Shown: positions 54,613 through 64,000 of the stretch, piece by piece
Layout: each line of letters begins with the position of its first letter
Position numbering within the stretch: position 1 is the stretch's first letter
Assembly: GCA_963792535.1 (NCBI GenBank)
Contig: CAWBWQ010000001.1
Coordinates: 352,001 to 416,000 of the forward strand
Length of the DNA stretch: 64,000 nt
Source: an uncultured Phycisphaerales bacterium
Lineage (GTDB): Bacteria > Planctomycetota > Phycisphaerae > Tepidisphaerales > Tepidisphaeraceae
Direction: 5' to 3'
Notes under the pieces: generated by a model
What the model was told of the DNA's origin: nothing
The model's database searches: none
Seen by the model: only the letters and a program-made list of their open reading frames with translations
Program-made: the position numbers and the translations under genes

Positions 54613-56917
54613 GATCGTTCCAGCAACAGCGTTAATGAGGCATCGAGCACTTTCCGCGGGGCAGCATCGCTTACCTCTGATCAGAATTTGTGAGGCCTGC
54701 CGCGGCGACTGGCGTGGAGCCAGGTAGGGCCGGTGCAGCCGGGGCCGCGTCGATCGCCAGCGCAATCACGATAATGCACTCGGTGTCCTCACGGATATCT
54801 TCCTTCAGCACTGGATCCTGAAAGGCTTCGGGATCAATCGGTTTGTCACCGGGTCCACCACCCAGTCCCGGAACCCCACTAAAGCTACCGCCTGGGAAAC
54901 CGCCCCGAGCTGCAAATCCATCACCCGGAGGGGCGAAAGCGCGATCAGGTCCGCCCGGCGGTGTCAGCGCCCGCAGGCGCCATATCGGCGGGATTGCCGG
55001 TGGCGGCAGAAGCCGATAGTGCCGCGGCGGCCGCAGCGGCTTTTGCAGCCTGCTTCGCGTTGTAATCCGAGATCAACGCCTGCATGCGGATGGGGTCATC
55101 CTTGACCTGCTGCTGATGAACGATCTTTGCCTGAAGCACCTGCAGCGGGCGGTCGGCCGTTGCGGGGATTGCCTTGAGCGCTTCGTTGAAGCTTTCTATC
55201 AGCTGCACGCCCTGCGTGCGGGGTGTTGAGACGTTCATCGTAATGATGAAACCGCGCTGCGGTTTGGGCGGCGGGCCCGCCGATCCATCCGCGCTGACTA
55301 TCGCTGCGACGCCGTAATCCGGATGGTCGCTCATGGCAGCACCGCCACCGCCGGACTCAAATGGGATGGTGCTGACGGCGGTCGTATCGGCATGGCTCGC
55401 GAGGTCGTCAAGCTGAGGGGTAAGGTCCGAGGTATAGCGGGCGACCGATGCCGAGACGATGATCTGATTGCGATCCCCGCGCTTGATCTTTTTGATATCG
55501 TCGAGCTTTGAACTCGACAGTTCCCTGCGAGCATCAGGGGCATTCTGCGGAAGCGTGCTGTACAGCATCGAATTAATCTGCGGCCACAGGTCATGGCCGG
55601 CGGGCAACGACAGAACATTCAGCATACGCTGCTTTTCAGGAGCGCCGGCGGATTCGATTGCGGACCACTCGGTGTCCAGCCTGCCCACCTGCTGCTTGAG
55701 CGATTCGATATTGGAAACCGTCGAAGCATGCTCAGCATCGTGGAACTGGCTGTTGTCGAAGTACCAGCGACCGTAAGGAATGGCCGCGCCCACAAGAAAC
55801 AGGGCCGCAGCGCCGATGAACCACTTAGTCTTCTCCGCCCACATCTTGTCCCGGCGGATCGACTCAGGAAGAAGACTGCTGCCGATTTTCCCCTGGCCCA
55901 TCACCTGCAGCGCAAGCCCGTATGCGCCGGCGGCAGAAAGCAGATTCTCACTGAACGTAGCGGCGATTTTCGGATCTTCCAGCGCCCGCTGCCAAGGCGA
56001 TCGAGCTTCTCAACATCCAGCGTGAGATTCTGCGAAAGATACTTCTGAAGCCCCGGCAACCGGAAGGTGCTGCCTACGGCGATCACCTTGTTAATGCGGC
56101 TTTCTTTGTGAACTGAAGAATAGAAACCGATCGACCGCTGTATTTCCGAAACCAGGTCCGAGAAAATCGGACGCATCGCCTGCATGATCTGACGACCGTA
56201 TTTGCTTGTGCTGGCGTTTCGCTTGAGGTCTTCGGCTTTGACAAAATTAACCTTGAACGCCTTGGTGAGCGCTTCGGTGAAATTGTTCCCGCCGATGGAA
56301 ATCGACCGCAGCCAGATCGATTCGCCTTCGGCGATGATCAGATCGGTATTTTCCGCTCCGACATCGATGATCATCGTCGTGCCCTTGATCCGGCTGTCGT
56401 AGTACATCGCGTTGTACACCGACAGCGGATTCATCTGCACGGCCTGCACATTCAATCGCGCATCAGTGAAAAATTTGATGTGCTGATTGATCAGGTCTTT
56501 TCGCATCGCAAAGATGCCGACCTCTACCTCCGGCGAATCCGGTTCTTCAAACAGCTGATAGCTCCACTCAACCTGATCGAGCGGAAAAGGAATTTGCTGG
56601 ATGGCTTCAAAGCGGACGATCTCGGGGATTTTCTTTTTCTCAACCGGAGGAAGCTTGATAAAGCGGGCAAAACTCTGCTGGCCGGTCACACCGACGCCAA
56701 CCTGCCCTTTATCGATGCCGGGATGTCTTTGAACAAAATTCGCCAGGGCGGATTGGATTAGTGAATCGCGGTTATCGCCCGCCGCCGACAGCACTGATTC
56801 GTGCTCGATCACCTCGAAATCATCAATTTCCAAACCCTCCGCGGTGGCAACCAGCCTGACCGCCTTCAGCGCACGATTGCCGATGTCGATGCCCCAGGCG
56901 AAACGAGGTGCGGCCAT
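54609..56917 (-). CDS. pilM: Type IV pilus assembly protein PilM with long PilN-like C-terminal extension (frameshifts)
   Basis: WGIDIG, RFIKLPPV, EAIQQIPFPL, IDVGA, GGNNFT, EIQRSIGFY; then SLLP, TM and coiled-coil. Confidence 0.82.
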
Positions 56918-57150
56918 GAATAGCTCCTTGAAACTGCTGAATGCTCCTGCGCCAACCTAAAGGTGTAACCGGGCGGGCGATGGACTTCAACTAAATCATC
57001 GGATCAGCACGCCTTGCGATACCAACCCGGCAAAAGCTCTCGCGGTTGCCCGCTGAACACCTATTAGATTAGACGCACGCGAGCACGAAAAGTTCGCTAT
57101 ATACGCAACAGGTTAAAGGCAGGCACCGCCACTATGTTTTTTAGCAGAGC

Positions 57151-58100
57151 CTAAGCGTCAAACGGCAGGAGAGACACGAGTTTCATCCCGGATTTCCACG
57201 GGCGACCGTTGCGAAACGCGTCCAGAGACATCGCGCGCTTCCCCTGCGGCTGCATTTCCAGAATCTGTATCGTCTGACCATCACCCACGACCACCGAACC
57301 GTCGGCGGTAAGCGTGCCGGGTTCGGCTGAGGATGCAGCAGGGGAAGGGCCCGCCCGGATAAGCGTGATGACCGCTATCTCGGCGTCGCCGTCCAGCAGT
57401 CGGACGCGACAGCCGGGCCAGGGTGACAGGCCGTTGATCTGGTGGACGATTACATCCGCTGCGCGGGTCCAGTCGATCTGTGCGGTTTGACGCGATAATT
57501 TAGGGGCAGATGTTGCCCGGCTGTGATCCTGTTCAATTTCGACCGCTGTGTTAGATCGAAGCTGCTCGATCAAGTTCAGCATCAGCGGCGCTCCATCCAG
57601 CGCCAACCGGTCGTGCAATTCCCCCGCGGTTTCGGTTGGGCCTATTTCAAGAGTCGATTGCGCGAGGATCGCGCCCGCGTCCATCTTGTCGGCGAGGCGG
57701 ATGATCGAATTTCCCGTGTTCGCATCCCCGTTGAGAATCGCCCAGTTGATGGGCGCTGCGCCGCGATATCGGGGCAGGCGCGACGAGTGAAGATTTACGC
57801 TGCCAAGCGCGGGATCGTTAACCGCATCGTGGCCGATCTTCTGTCCGAACGCGATAACAACCATCAAATCAGCCGGCGGAAGCGTTTCACTATTAATATC
57901 AGCCGTTTTTTTCAGTTCCAGATGCAGTTCGCTCGCCAGGGCGCCCACCGGTGTGGGCGTTAGTTTTTTTCCCCTGCCCGCAGGACGATCTGGCTGGGTA
58001 AAAACCTGCACCACCTGGTGACCCGCAGCGAGCAGTGGCGCAATGTCGGGATGCCGAACTCACCACTGCCGGCGAAAATGATTTTTGCTCGATCTGACAT
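57151..58100 (-). CDS. fmt: Methionyl-tRNA formyltransferase (frameshift near 58035)
   Basis: IIFAGSGEFG, TQPDRPAGRG, NLHSSRLPRYRGAAPI, MDAG, SPWPG. Confidence 0.93.
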
Positions 58101-58107
58101 GCCGGTT

Positions 58108-58644
58108 TCATTTCTTCTTCGGGTGAGCCGCGGCATATCGCTCGGAAAGGTCGCGAAGAATTTTTCGATACGTCATCTTCGCAACCGGTCCCATGCGATC
58201 TGTAAGCATGATGCCGTTCAGGTGATCCGTCTCGTGCTGCCAGATGCGGGCGAGATAACCGGTTTCAAACTGCGTGAATGGTTCACCCGTGGCGTCCTGT
58301 GCTTGCATCTTGATCGTCTTACTTCGAAAGACGCTGACATTGATTTTAGGCAGCGAAAGGCATCCCTCCTCGTCCTCTTCATCGCCGTCGGCTTCACTGA
58401 GCATGGGATTGATGTAGACCCGATCGTGTGCGGGGTCGCCGTCGTGGTTCATCACAAACAGCCGGAGGTTATGCCCCACCTGTGGGGCGGCGAGACCCAC
58501 GCCTTTGGCCTCGCGCATCAGCACAAACATTTTTTCCGTCAGCTCTTTGAGATCGTCATCGAACCGCGTGACCGGAGCACTGATTTTTTTCAGCCGCGGG
58601 TCGGGATACAGAACGATTTTGAGCGGTGCGATCATGGGGTTCAT
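58108..58644 (-). CDS. def: Peptide deformylase
   Basis: GVGLAAPQVG, EGCLS, QHETDHLNG. Confidence 0.96.
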   Translation of the reverse strand: MNPMIAPLKIVLYPDPRLKKISAPVTRFDDDLKELTEKMFVLMREAKGVGLAAPQVGHNLRLFVMNHDGDPAHDRVYINPMLSEADGDEEDEEGCLSLPKINVSVFRSKTIKMQAQDATGEPFTQFETGYLARIWQHETDHLNGIMLTDRMGPVAKMTYRKILRDLSERYAAAHPKKK

Positions 58645-58861
58645 CAGTCCGTGCGGGCCTGTACAAATGCGTGTTCGTTTTCAACGGGTCAATGTTCAAT
58701 TGCGTGTGCCGCCTGTCGCAAGTGAGCGTTATATAGCGTACAATCAATGGCTTGTGCGAATCAATTGGTTGACACTCCCGCGGGCTTGCGATTAGATAGA
58801 TTGTTGGACGTTTTCGCGTCGCCCGCGTGCTGATTTCACACGTTTTTGAGGAAAATTCACC

Positions 58862-60290
58862 GTGCCAGACTTTCCGCCCGGACAACACGAAGCTTCCGAA
58901 CTCGACCAGAAAAAAGCCAAGGCGTTTTTCGATCGCGGTAATACCGTCGCCGGCACCGGACAGTATGAGTACGCCATTGAGATGTATATCAGCGGTTTGG
59001 GATTCGATCCGGATTTGGCCGAGGCGCATCAAAGCCTGCGGGATATTTCACTGAAGCGAAAAGTTGGGGGCGGCAAGGCCCTGGGTTTCATGGAGGCCAT
59101 GAAACTAAAGCGGCCCAGCAAGGACGACAAACAGAACCTGCTCAACAACGAAAAACTCCTCGCATACGATCCGGGCAACACAGACTACATGATCGGTGTT
59201 CTGCAGAATGCCGCACGTGGTGGTTTTTACAATACTGTCATGTGGATCGGGCCGATCGTTCAAAAAGCAAACGCGGACAGCCCCAAGCCCGAGGTCAACA
59301 AGTTCATCGTGCTCCGCGATGCCTACATGTCATTGCAGCAATGGAAACTCGCGACCGATGCCTGCCACTATGCTGCCATGCTTCGGCCCGACGATATGGA
59401 TCTGCAGAAGTCGCTGCGCAACCTGGGCGCCAAGCACGCCGCCGTGGCCGGCAACTATGAGAAGGCCAAGAACTTCACCGAAAGCGTCAAGGATCGCGCA
59501 GAAGCAGGAAGAGTTGATGAACAAGGACAAGGAAGTCCAGTCCTTGGACAACATGCGGATCCTCATCGCCGCGGCCGAGAAAGAGTTCAAGGCCGACCCC
59601 AACGACGCCGGCAAGATCAGTCAGTTCGCTGAAACCCTCGCCAAGACCGAAGACCCCGATATGGAAGGCCGCGCCATCGATCTGCTTCAGGCGACCTACG
59701 AGCGGACCAAATCTTTCCGCTGGCGCCAGAAAATAGGCGTCGTGAAGATGGCGCAGATGAGCAGAATGGAACGCACCCTGCGAATGGCGGTCAACGCCAA
59801 CCCTGCTGATACCGAGGCCCGCCAGACCTACGCTCAGTTCGTGCAGGAAAAACTGCTCGAAGAATTGAAGGAATTTCAACTCGCGTCGGAAAATTACCCC
59901 ACCGACACCAAGCTCAAATTTGACGTCGCCGCCCGGTTGTATTCCCTCAAGCGGTACGACGAGGCTATCCCATATTTTCAACAGCTTCGCCAGGATCCAA
60001 AATACAAAATCGAAGCCACCACCGCCCTGGGCAAGGCTTTCCTCGAAGCGGGATTCGTCGACGAAGCTGTCGATACCCTGGCGGCTGTTCTCGCGGAATA
60101 CCCCGGTAAAGGCGATGCGAAATCCATCGACATGACCTACGTGTACGGCCGTGCCCTGGAACTCAAGAAGGAAATCCAGGCAGCAGTCAAGGCGTACAGC
60201 CAGGTTGCGCAATGGAGCTTTAACTACAAAGATGTCCAGGTGCGGATCAAAAAACTCCGCGCTGAGCTGCAAAATCCCCCGGTCGCCTGA
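58862..60290 (+). CDS. TPR-repeat protein (frameshift near 59497)
   Basis: Helical repeats such as YEYAIEMY, YDEAIPYFQ, VDEAVDTL; ends FNYKDVQVRI. Confidence 0.8.
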
Positions 60291-60299
60291 GGCGGCGCA

Positions 60300-61772
60300 T
60301 CACGCCGGATCGACCCAGGGCCGATCGACAGTATGCTCATCTAAAGCTGCCCGCCAGGTGTTCCACCGCTGTCGAAGATGCTCCAGCCTCGGGGCGTGTG
60401 CCGGTTCTGTCGCGAGATTTCGCTCTTCCCGCGGATCATTCCGCAAATCGAACAGCTGCTCATATACCGGGTTGGTATCAATGTAGCGGATGTATTTCCA
60501 GTCGCTGGTTCTCACGCCCTCCGATGCGGCAATTGGTCCCTCTTTCTGATTGCGGAAATGGTTTTCGTAAAACCATTCGCTTCGCCAGGCAGGAGTCTCA
60601 CCCCGCGCCAGCGGCAAAATACTCGCGCCCTGCATACTCCGGGGCACCGCCACACCCGCCAGTTCGAGCACCGTCGATGGCACGTCAAGGTTCAACGTCA
60701 TGCGATCCTGCGTTGTCCCCCGAACATGCGCCGCTAAACGCGGATCGCATAAAATCATCGGCGTTCGAATCGATTCCTCGTGCATCAGCCATTTTCCACC
60801 AAATCCATGCTCGCCATAAAATGCCCCATGGTCAGCGGTGTAAATAACCACCGTGTTTTCATCAAAACCAAGCGACTTCAATTCCGCGACTATTTTGCCC
60901 ACCGCCAAATCAACCCCGCTCAGCAGGCGATAAAGATCCTTCATCGTCTCCTGGTAAGTTGCAGGACGAAAATCAACCGCTTCGCGCATTCGATTCAAAC
61001 TGCCGGTCAGAAAATCGGGCAATGGGGAAACATCAGCCGTTTTGACCGCGGGAATCACATCGTTTTCGTACAGATGCTCTAACGCGCGGTCATACGGATA
61101 TTTTGGATAAATCCCCGGCTGAAACCGTCCTTCATCCTGAACGTGCGGCGCTTTGAAACTCACCGCCAGGCAAAAAGGGCGCTGGGTCGAACAACCGCGA
61201 AGAAATTCGATCGCCTGCTCTGTTTCGACCACCGTCAGGTGCTTGCCGGTGTCAGGACTGAAGTACGCCCCCTGGCCCTGATAGCCGCGAAAAAAATCGT
61301 AGTCGTTCACCGGAAGATCGCCGCCATCGATTCCCCATTTGCCGACAAAGCCGGTGATATACCCTGCCTTTCGAAGCAGCTTGGGGTAGCTTTGTTCAAA
61401 CAGTGGCTCAGCCAGGGCTTTGCGGAAGTCGTCAATGCCGTGCGTCCGGGTATACGTTCCCGTCAGGACGCTCGCTCGGCTGGACATACAGATAGCGGTG
61501 GTGGCGAAATTGTTTCGAAAACGCACACCGTTCGCAGCCAGTGCATCAATATTCGGTGTTTTGAGCAGTGCATTGCCGCTGCATCCCAGTGAATCGGTGC
61601 GCTGATCATCCGTAACCAGCAAAAGGATATTGGGCGCTCGTTTAAACTGCGATACTGCCGCTGCTGATGTTGCAAACCGACTGGTCCCGACCAACGCCGC
61701 ACCCGCCAGTGACGCCTTAAGCATCGCCCTGCGGGACATCTGCTGATTCGTTCGTGGACTTGGACCGCTCAT
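60300..61772 (-). CDS. Tat-exported formylglycine-dependent sulfatase
   Basis: SRRAML, PNILLLVTDD, CMSSRAS.LTG, GKW, DHG, GKWLMHEES. Confidence 0.92.
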   Translation of the reverse strand: MSGPSPRTNQQMSRRAMLKASLAGAALVGTSRFATSAAAVSQFKRAPNILLLVTDDQRTDSLGCSGNALLKTPNIDALAANGVRFRNNFATTAICMSSRASVLTGTYTRTHGIDDFRKALAEPLFEQSYPKLLRKAGYITGFVGKWGIDGGDLPVNDYDFFRGYQGQGAYFSPDTGKHLTVVETEQAIEFLRGCSTQRPFCLAVSFKAPHVQDEGRFQPGIYPKYPYDRALEHLYENDVIPAVKTADVSPLPDFLTGSLNRMREAVDFRPATYQETMKDLYRLLSGVDLAVGKIVAELKSLGFDENTVVIYTADHGAFYGEHGFGGKWLMHEESIRTPMILCDPRLAAHVRGTTQDRMTLNLDVPSTVLELAGVAVPRSMQGASILPLARGETPAWRSEWFYENHFRNQKEGPIAASEGVRTSDWKYIRYIDTNPVYEQLFDLRNDPREERNLATEPAHAPRLEHLRQRWNTWRAALDEHTVDRPWVDPA

Positions 61773-61967
61773 GCAATAGTTCCAAACAGAAGGGTACGTA
61801 GAACAGCGTAGCGGCTCTCGCGATTATTCGCGACTGGTAATATATCGCGGCGATGTCAACATTTATCATTTATGGTCGTGCCCCCCTTGTCAGAGCAATA
61901 ACCTTCCTGTAATCTGCCCGACTTTCCCAATTTCGGGAACCCGTTTGGAACGTCTGATAGGAAGTGT

Positions 61968-62339
<372 letters not shown>

Positions 62340-62434
62340 GGAAACAGTCAGGACGCACTTTGTAGCCCGCAGGCCTTCCCGCCCCGGATGCTCCATCGTC
62401 AACCCCTGACCCTGAAACACGGACAACAAAACAC

Positions 62435-62911
62435 ATGGCATATAAAAAATTCACCGCAAGCGAAGACATGCTGAAACCGGACCCCCGGTTCAACAGCAAA
62501 CTGGTCAGCAAATTCATCAACTCCCTGATGTGGGACGGCAAGAAGACCGTCGCGCAAAAATTGTTCTACGGAGCAATGGATCAGGTGGGCAAGAAGGTCA
62601 AGGAAGTTCCGCCTCTTGAAGTGTTTGAGAACGCCATCAACAACATCAAGCCGTACGTCGAAGTGCGCAGCCGCCGCGTCGGCGGAGCGAACTACCAGGT
62701 TCCGATGCAGGTGAACAAGCGCCGCCAGCAAAGCCTGGCATTCCGCTGGCTCATCGGTGCCTGCCGCGAAGGCGGCGGTCGTCCCATGGCCGATCGCCTG
62801 GCCGACGAACTGATGGCCGCTTTCCGCAAGGAAGGCAAAGCCATGCAGACCCGCGAAAACACCCACCGCATGGCCGACGCCAACAAGGCCTTCGCCCACT
62901 TCGCGTGGTAA
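62435..62911 (+). CDS. rpsG: 30S ribosomal protein S7
   Basis: RRVGGANYQVP, HRMADANKAFAHFAW. Confidence 0.99.
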   Translation: MAYKKFTASEDMLKPDPRFNSKLVSKFINSLMWDGKKTVAQKLFYGAMDQVGKKVKEVPPLEVFENAINNIKPYVEVRSRRVGGANYQVPMQVNKRRQQSLAFRWLIGACREGGGRPMADRLADELMAAFRKEGKAMQTRENTHRMADANKAFAHFAW

Positions 62912-62945
62912 CTTTCCCGTCGACGCAAAGATAAAATCAGCAGCG

Positions 62946-62997
62946 ACAGAACGCGATTTACAGGATGCCCCATCCGTAAATCGCGTTCTGTTTTATT
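62946..62997 (+). terminator. Strong rho-independent terminator after rpsG
   Basis: ACAGAACGCGATTTAC(A)GGATG-ccc-CATCCGTAAATCGCGTTCTGT followed by TTTATT. Confidence 0.85.
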
Positions 62998-63248
62998 GGC
63001 TGAACATAAAATCGGTCAGCCATCTATTTCGTAAATGGGTGGCTGTCCCGCTTTTCGTCCGCCCAGCAAAGAAACTCTGCCACCCACCGCTGATAACACG
63101 GCGCGGTAGTGGCAGCCAACCCACGCTGCCGAGCCATGCGTTGGACCCGTTCGAGCCGTTTTCTAAACCCCAAACCTCCTTCAGGATTGCGCGATCTCAA
63201 TAATACATCAACTTGACGTAACTACCGGCAGCTGATTTATTTAGAACA

Positions 63249-63309
63249 TATAATCCCTGACTCACACTGCGGTCGTTCCGCATGTGAGTGGGGACAACAA
63301 TAGTTATGC
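63249..63309 (+). promoter_or_regulatory. Candidate cassette promoter (-10 TATAAT), hairpin and attI-like recombination site
   Basis: TATAAT at 63249-63254; ACTCACA(C)TGCGG/CCGCATGTGAGT hairpin; ACAACAATA-GTTATGC resembles attI1 AAAACAAA-GTTRRRY. Confidence 0.55.
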
Positions 63310-63762
63310 GACTAAGAACCCTCGGCATCCTCGCCACCACAATATGCTTTCTCAGCGGTTGTTTCCCTCTCTACGCTTATGATTATGTTCACGTTCGGAC
63401 GCAAAACGGCGAGCGGGTACCGGGCGCTACGTTGCTCGTACACGTTTCTTACACATACACCGTCAGTGCAAACGAAGTCGGCGAGGTGACTCTTCCTTAC
63501 GAAACGCAATCCGTGACTGTTTCCAAGCCCGGCTTTGACTCGGTAGACGCGGCATTTGATCGCGAGCTTTTAAATAATCTGACCGTCGTGCTAAAGCCAG
63601 CCGCCGTGAACACGCCGGGGCCAACCTCGCGGCCGTAGATCAGAGCAGCCCGGGAGTCGCATAACCGGCCGTTGCTGTGGACGGGCCCGCATCGAGAATG
63701 GTATTCTCTTTTATTCTGGCGGTTGTCAGCGCGTCGAGTTGCCCGCCACAGAACGTCATCCG
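63304..63762 (+). mobile_element. Complete integron gene cassette
   Basis: Starts at G/TTATGC, which is the exact complement of its own R'' GCATAAC; single ORF followed by attC. Confidence 0.85.
63306..63638 (+). CDS. Cassette-encoded lipoprotein with carboxypeptidase-regulatory/PEGA-like beta domain
   Basis: ATG lies inside the GTTATGC core; FLSG-C lipobox; VPGATL, G.VTL, VTVSKPGF. Confidence 0.7.
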   Translation: MRLRTLGILATTICFLSGCFPLYAYDYVHVRTQNGERVPGATLLVHVSYTYTVSANEVGEVTLPYETQSVTVSKPGFDSVDAAFDRELLNNLTVVLKPAAVNTPGPTSRP

Positions 63763-63768
63763 TTATCC
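63659..63768 (+). other. attC site (110 bp)
   Basis: R'' GCATAAC at 63659; arm GTT(G)CTGTGG(A)CGGGC pairs with GCCCGCCACAGAAC leaving two extrahelical bases; R' GTTATCC at 63762. Confidence 0.88.
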
Positions 63769-63772
63769 CGCC

Positions 63773-64000
63773 ATGACGTGTTGGAAGTCTGTAAGTTTCT
63801 ACCTCGTATTGATCGCAGCCTCCGCGATAACGTCCATTGTCTTGGGCATTGTCGTCGCTGCGGCTTGCGGCGGCCCTGGCCCTGATGGGGCATTGGAAGG
63901 CGCCGAACTGTGGGTTGTAAACACAGCCACTTGCGTGCTGGCGCTCGTGGTTGGCTTCATCGTAGCCTTTCGGTCTCGGCGCCGAGTTGAAACGCGCGGT
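63773..64000 (+). CDS. Second cassette ORF, small membrane protein (runs off window)
   Basis: MTCWKSVSFYLVLIAASAITSIVLGIVVAAAC...TCVLALVVGFIVAFRSRRR, two TM segments; begins 5 nt after R'. Confidence 0.7.
   Translation, partial: MTCWKSVSFYLVLIAASAITSIVLGIVVAAACGGPGPDGALEGAELWVVNTATCVLALVVGFIVAFRSRRRVETRG

Noticed and set aside
1808..60290. Numerous frameshifts (ferredoxin-like gene, hydrolases, both integrases, TetR, DUF1800, HU, addA, pilM, fmt, TPR) as programmed frameshifting or mass pseudogenisation
   Set aside because: They hit housekeeping genes, often at short GC dinucleotide or homopolymer runs, without in-frame stops; this fits long-read consensus error. Read-level polishing would decide. 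Integrase inactivity therefore cannot be inferred.
63033..63057. AAATGGGTGGCTGTCCCGCTTTTC as a REP-like repeat
   Set aside because: Single copy in the window; cannot be supported without a genome-wide search.
63114..63147. Additional attC (GCCAAC...GTTGGAC)
   Set aside because: About 30 bp, too short, and lacks L boxes; at most a degenerate remnant.

Overview
GC-rich bacterial chromosome segment, most likely Planctomycetota (inferred from the DUF1501/DUF1800 pair, extended PilM cluster, sulfatase/GH29 content and divergent integrases). It has four parts. (1) 1-17226: accessory region on the 3' side of tRNA-Gly(GCC), bounded by a tyrosine integrase. It carries a Co-type thiocyanate-hydrolase/nitrile-hydratase-like three-subunit cluster with a Cys-rich ferredoxin-like gene and a NiCoT permease, a hydrolase/oxidoreductase run including a protoglobin, and a truncated PIN-domain gene. 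(2) 17277-24809: a 7.5-kb element with its own integrase, inserted into the 5' end of the same tRNA (25-bp direct repeat plus matching arm-type repeats), carrying a large Thr/Ser/Gly-rich phage-structural-like gene. (3) 25-63 kb: core genes (TetR, DUF1501/DUF1800, mqnD, RND pump, sugar dehydrogenases, GH29, cysE, HU/IHF, bioF, ECF sigma, rlmN, adk, addA, sdhB, pilM cluster, fmt, def, TPR protein, sulfatase, rpsL, rpsG). (4) Directly after rpsG, where fusA is normally found: an attI-like site, one complete integron gene cassette with a clear attC, and the start of a second cassette, with no integron integrase in view. Many genes, including housekeeping ones, carry 1-2 nt frameshifts that look like long-read assembly errors. 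All product calls come from motif recognition by eye; no database search was run.
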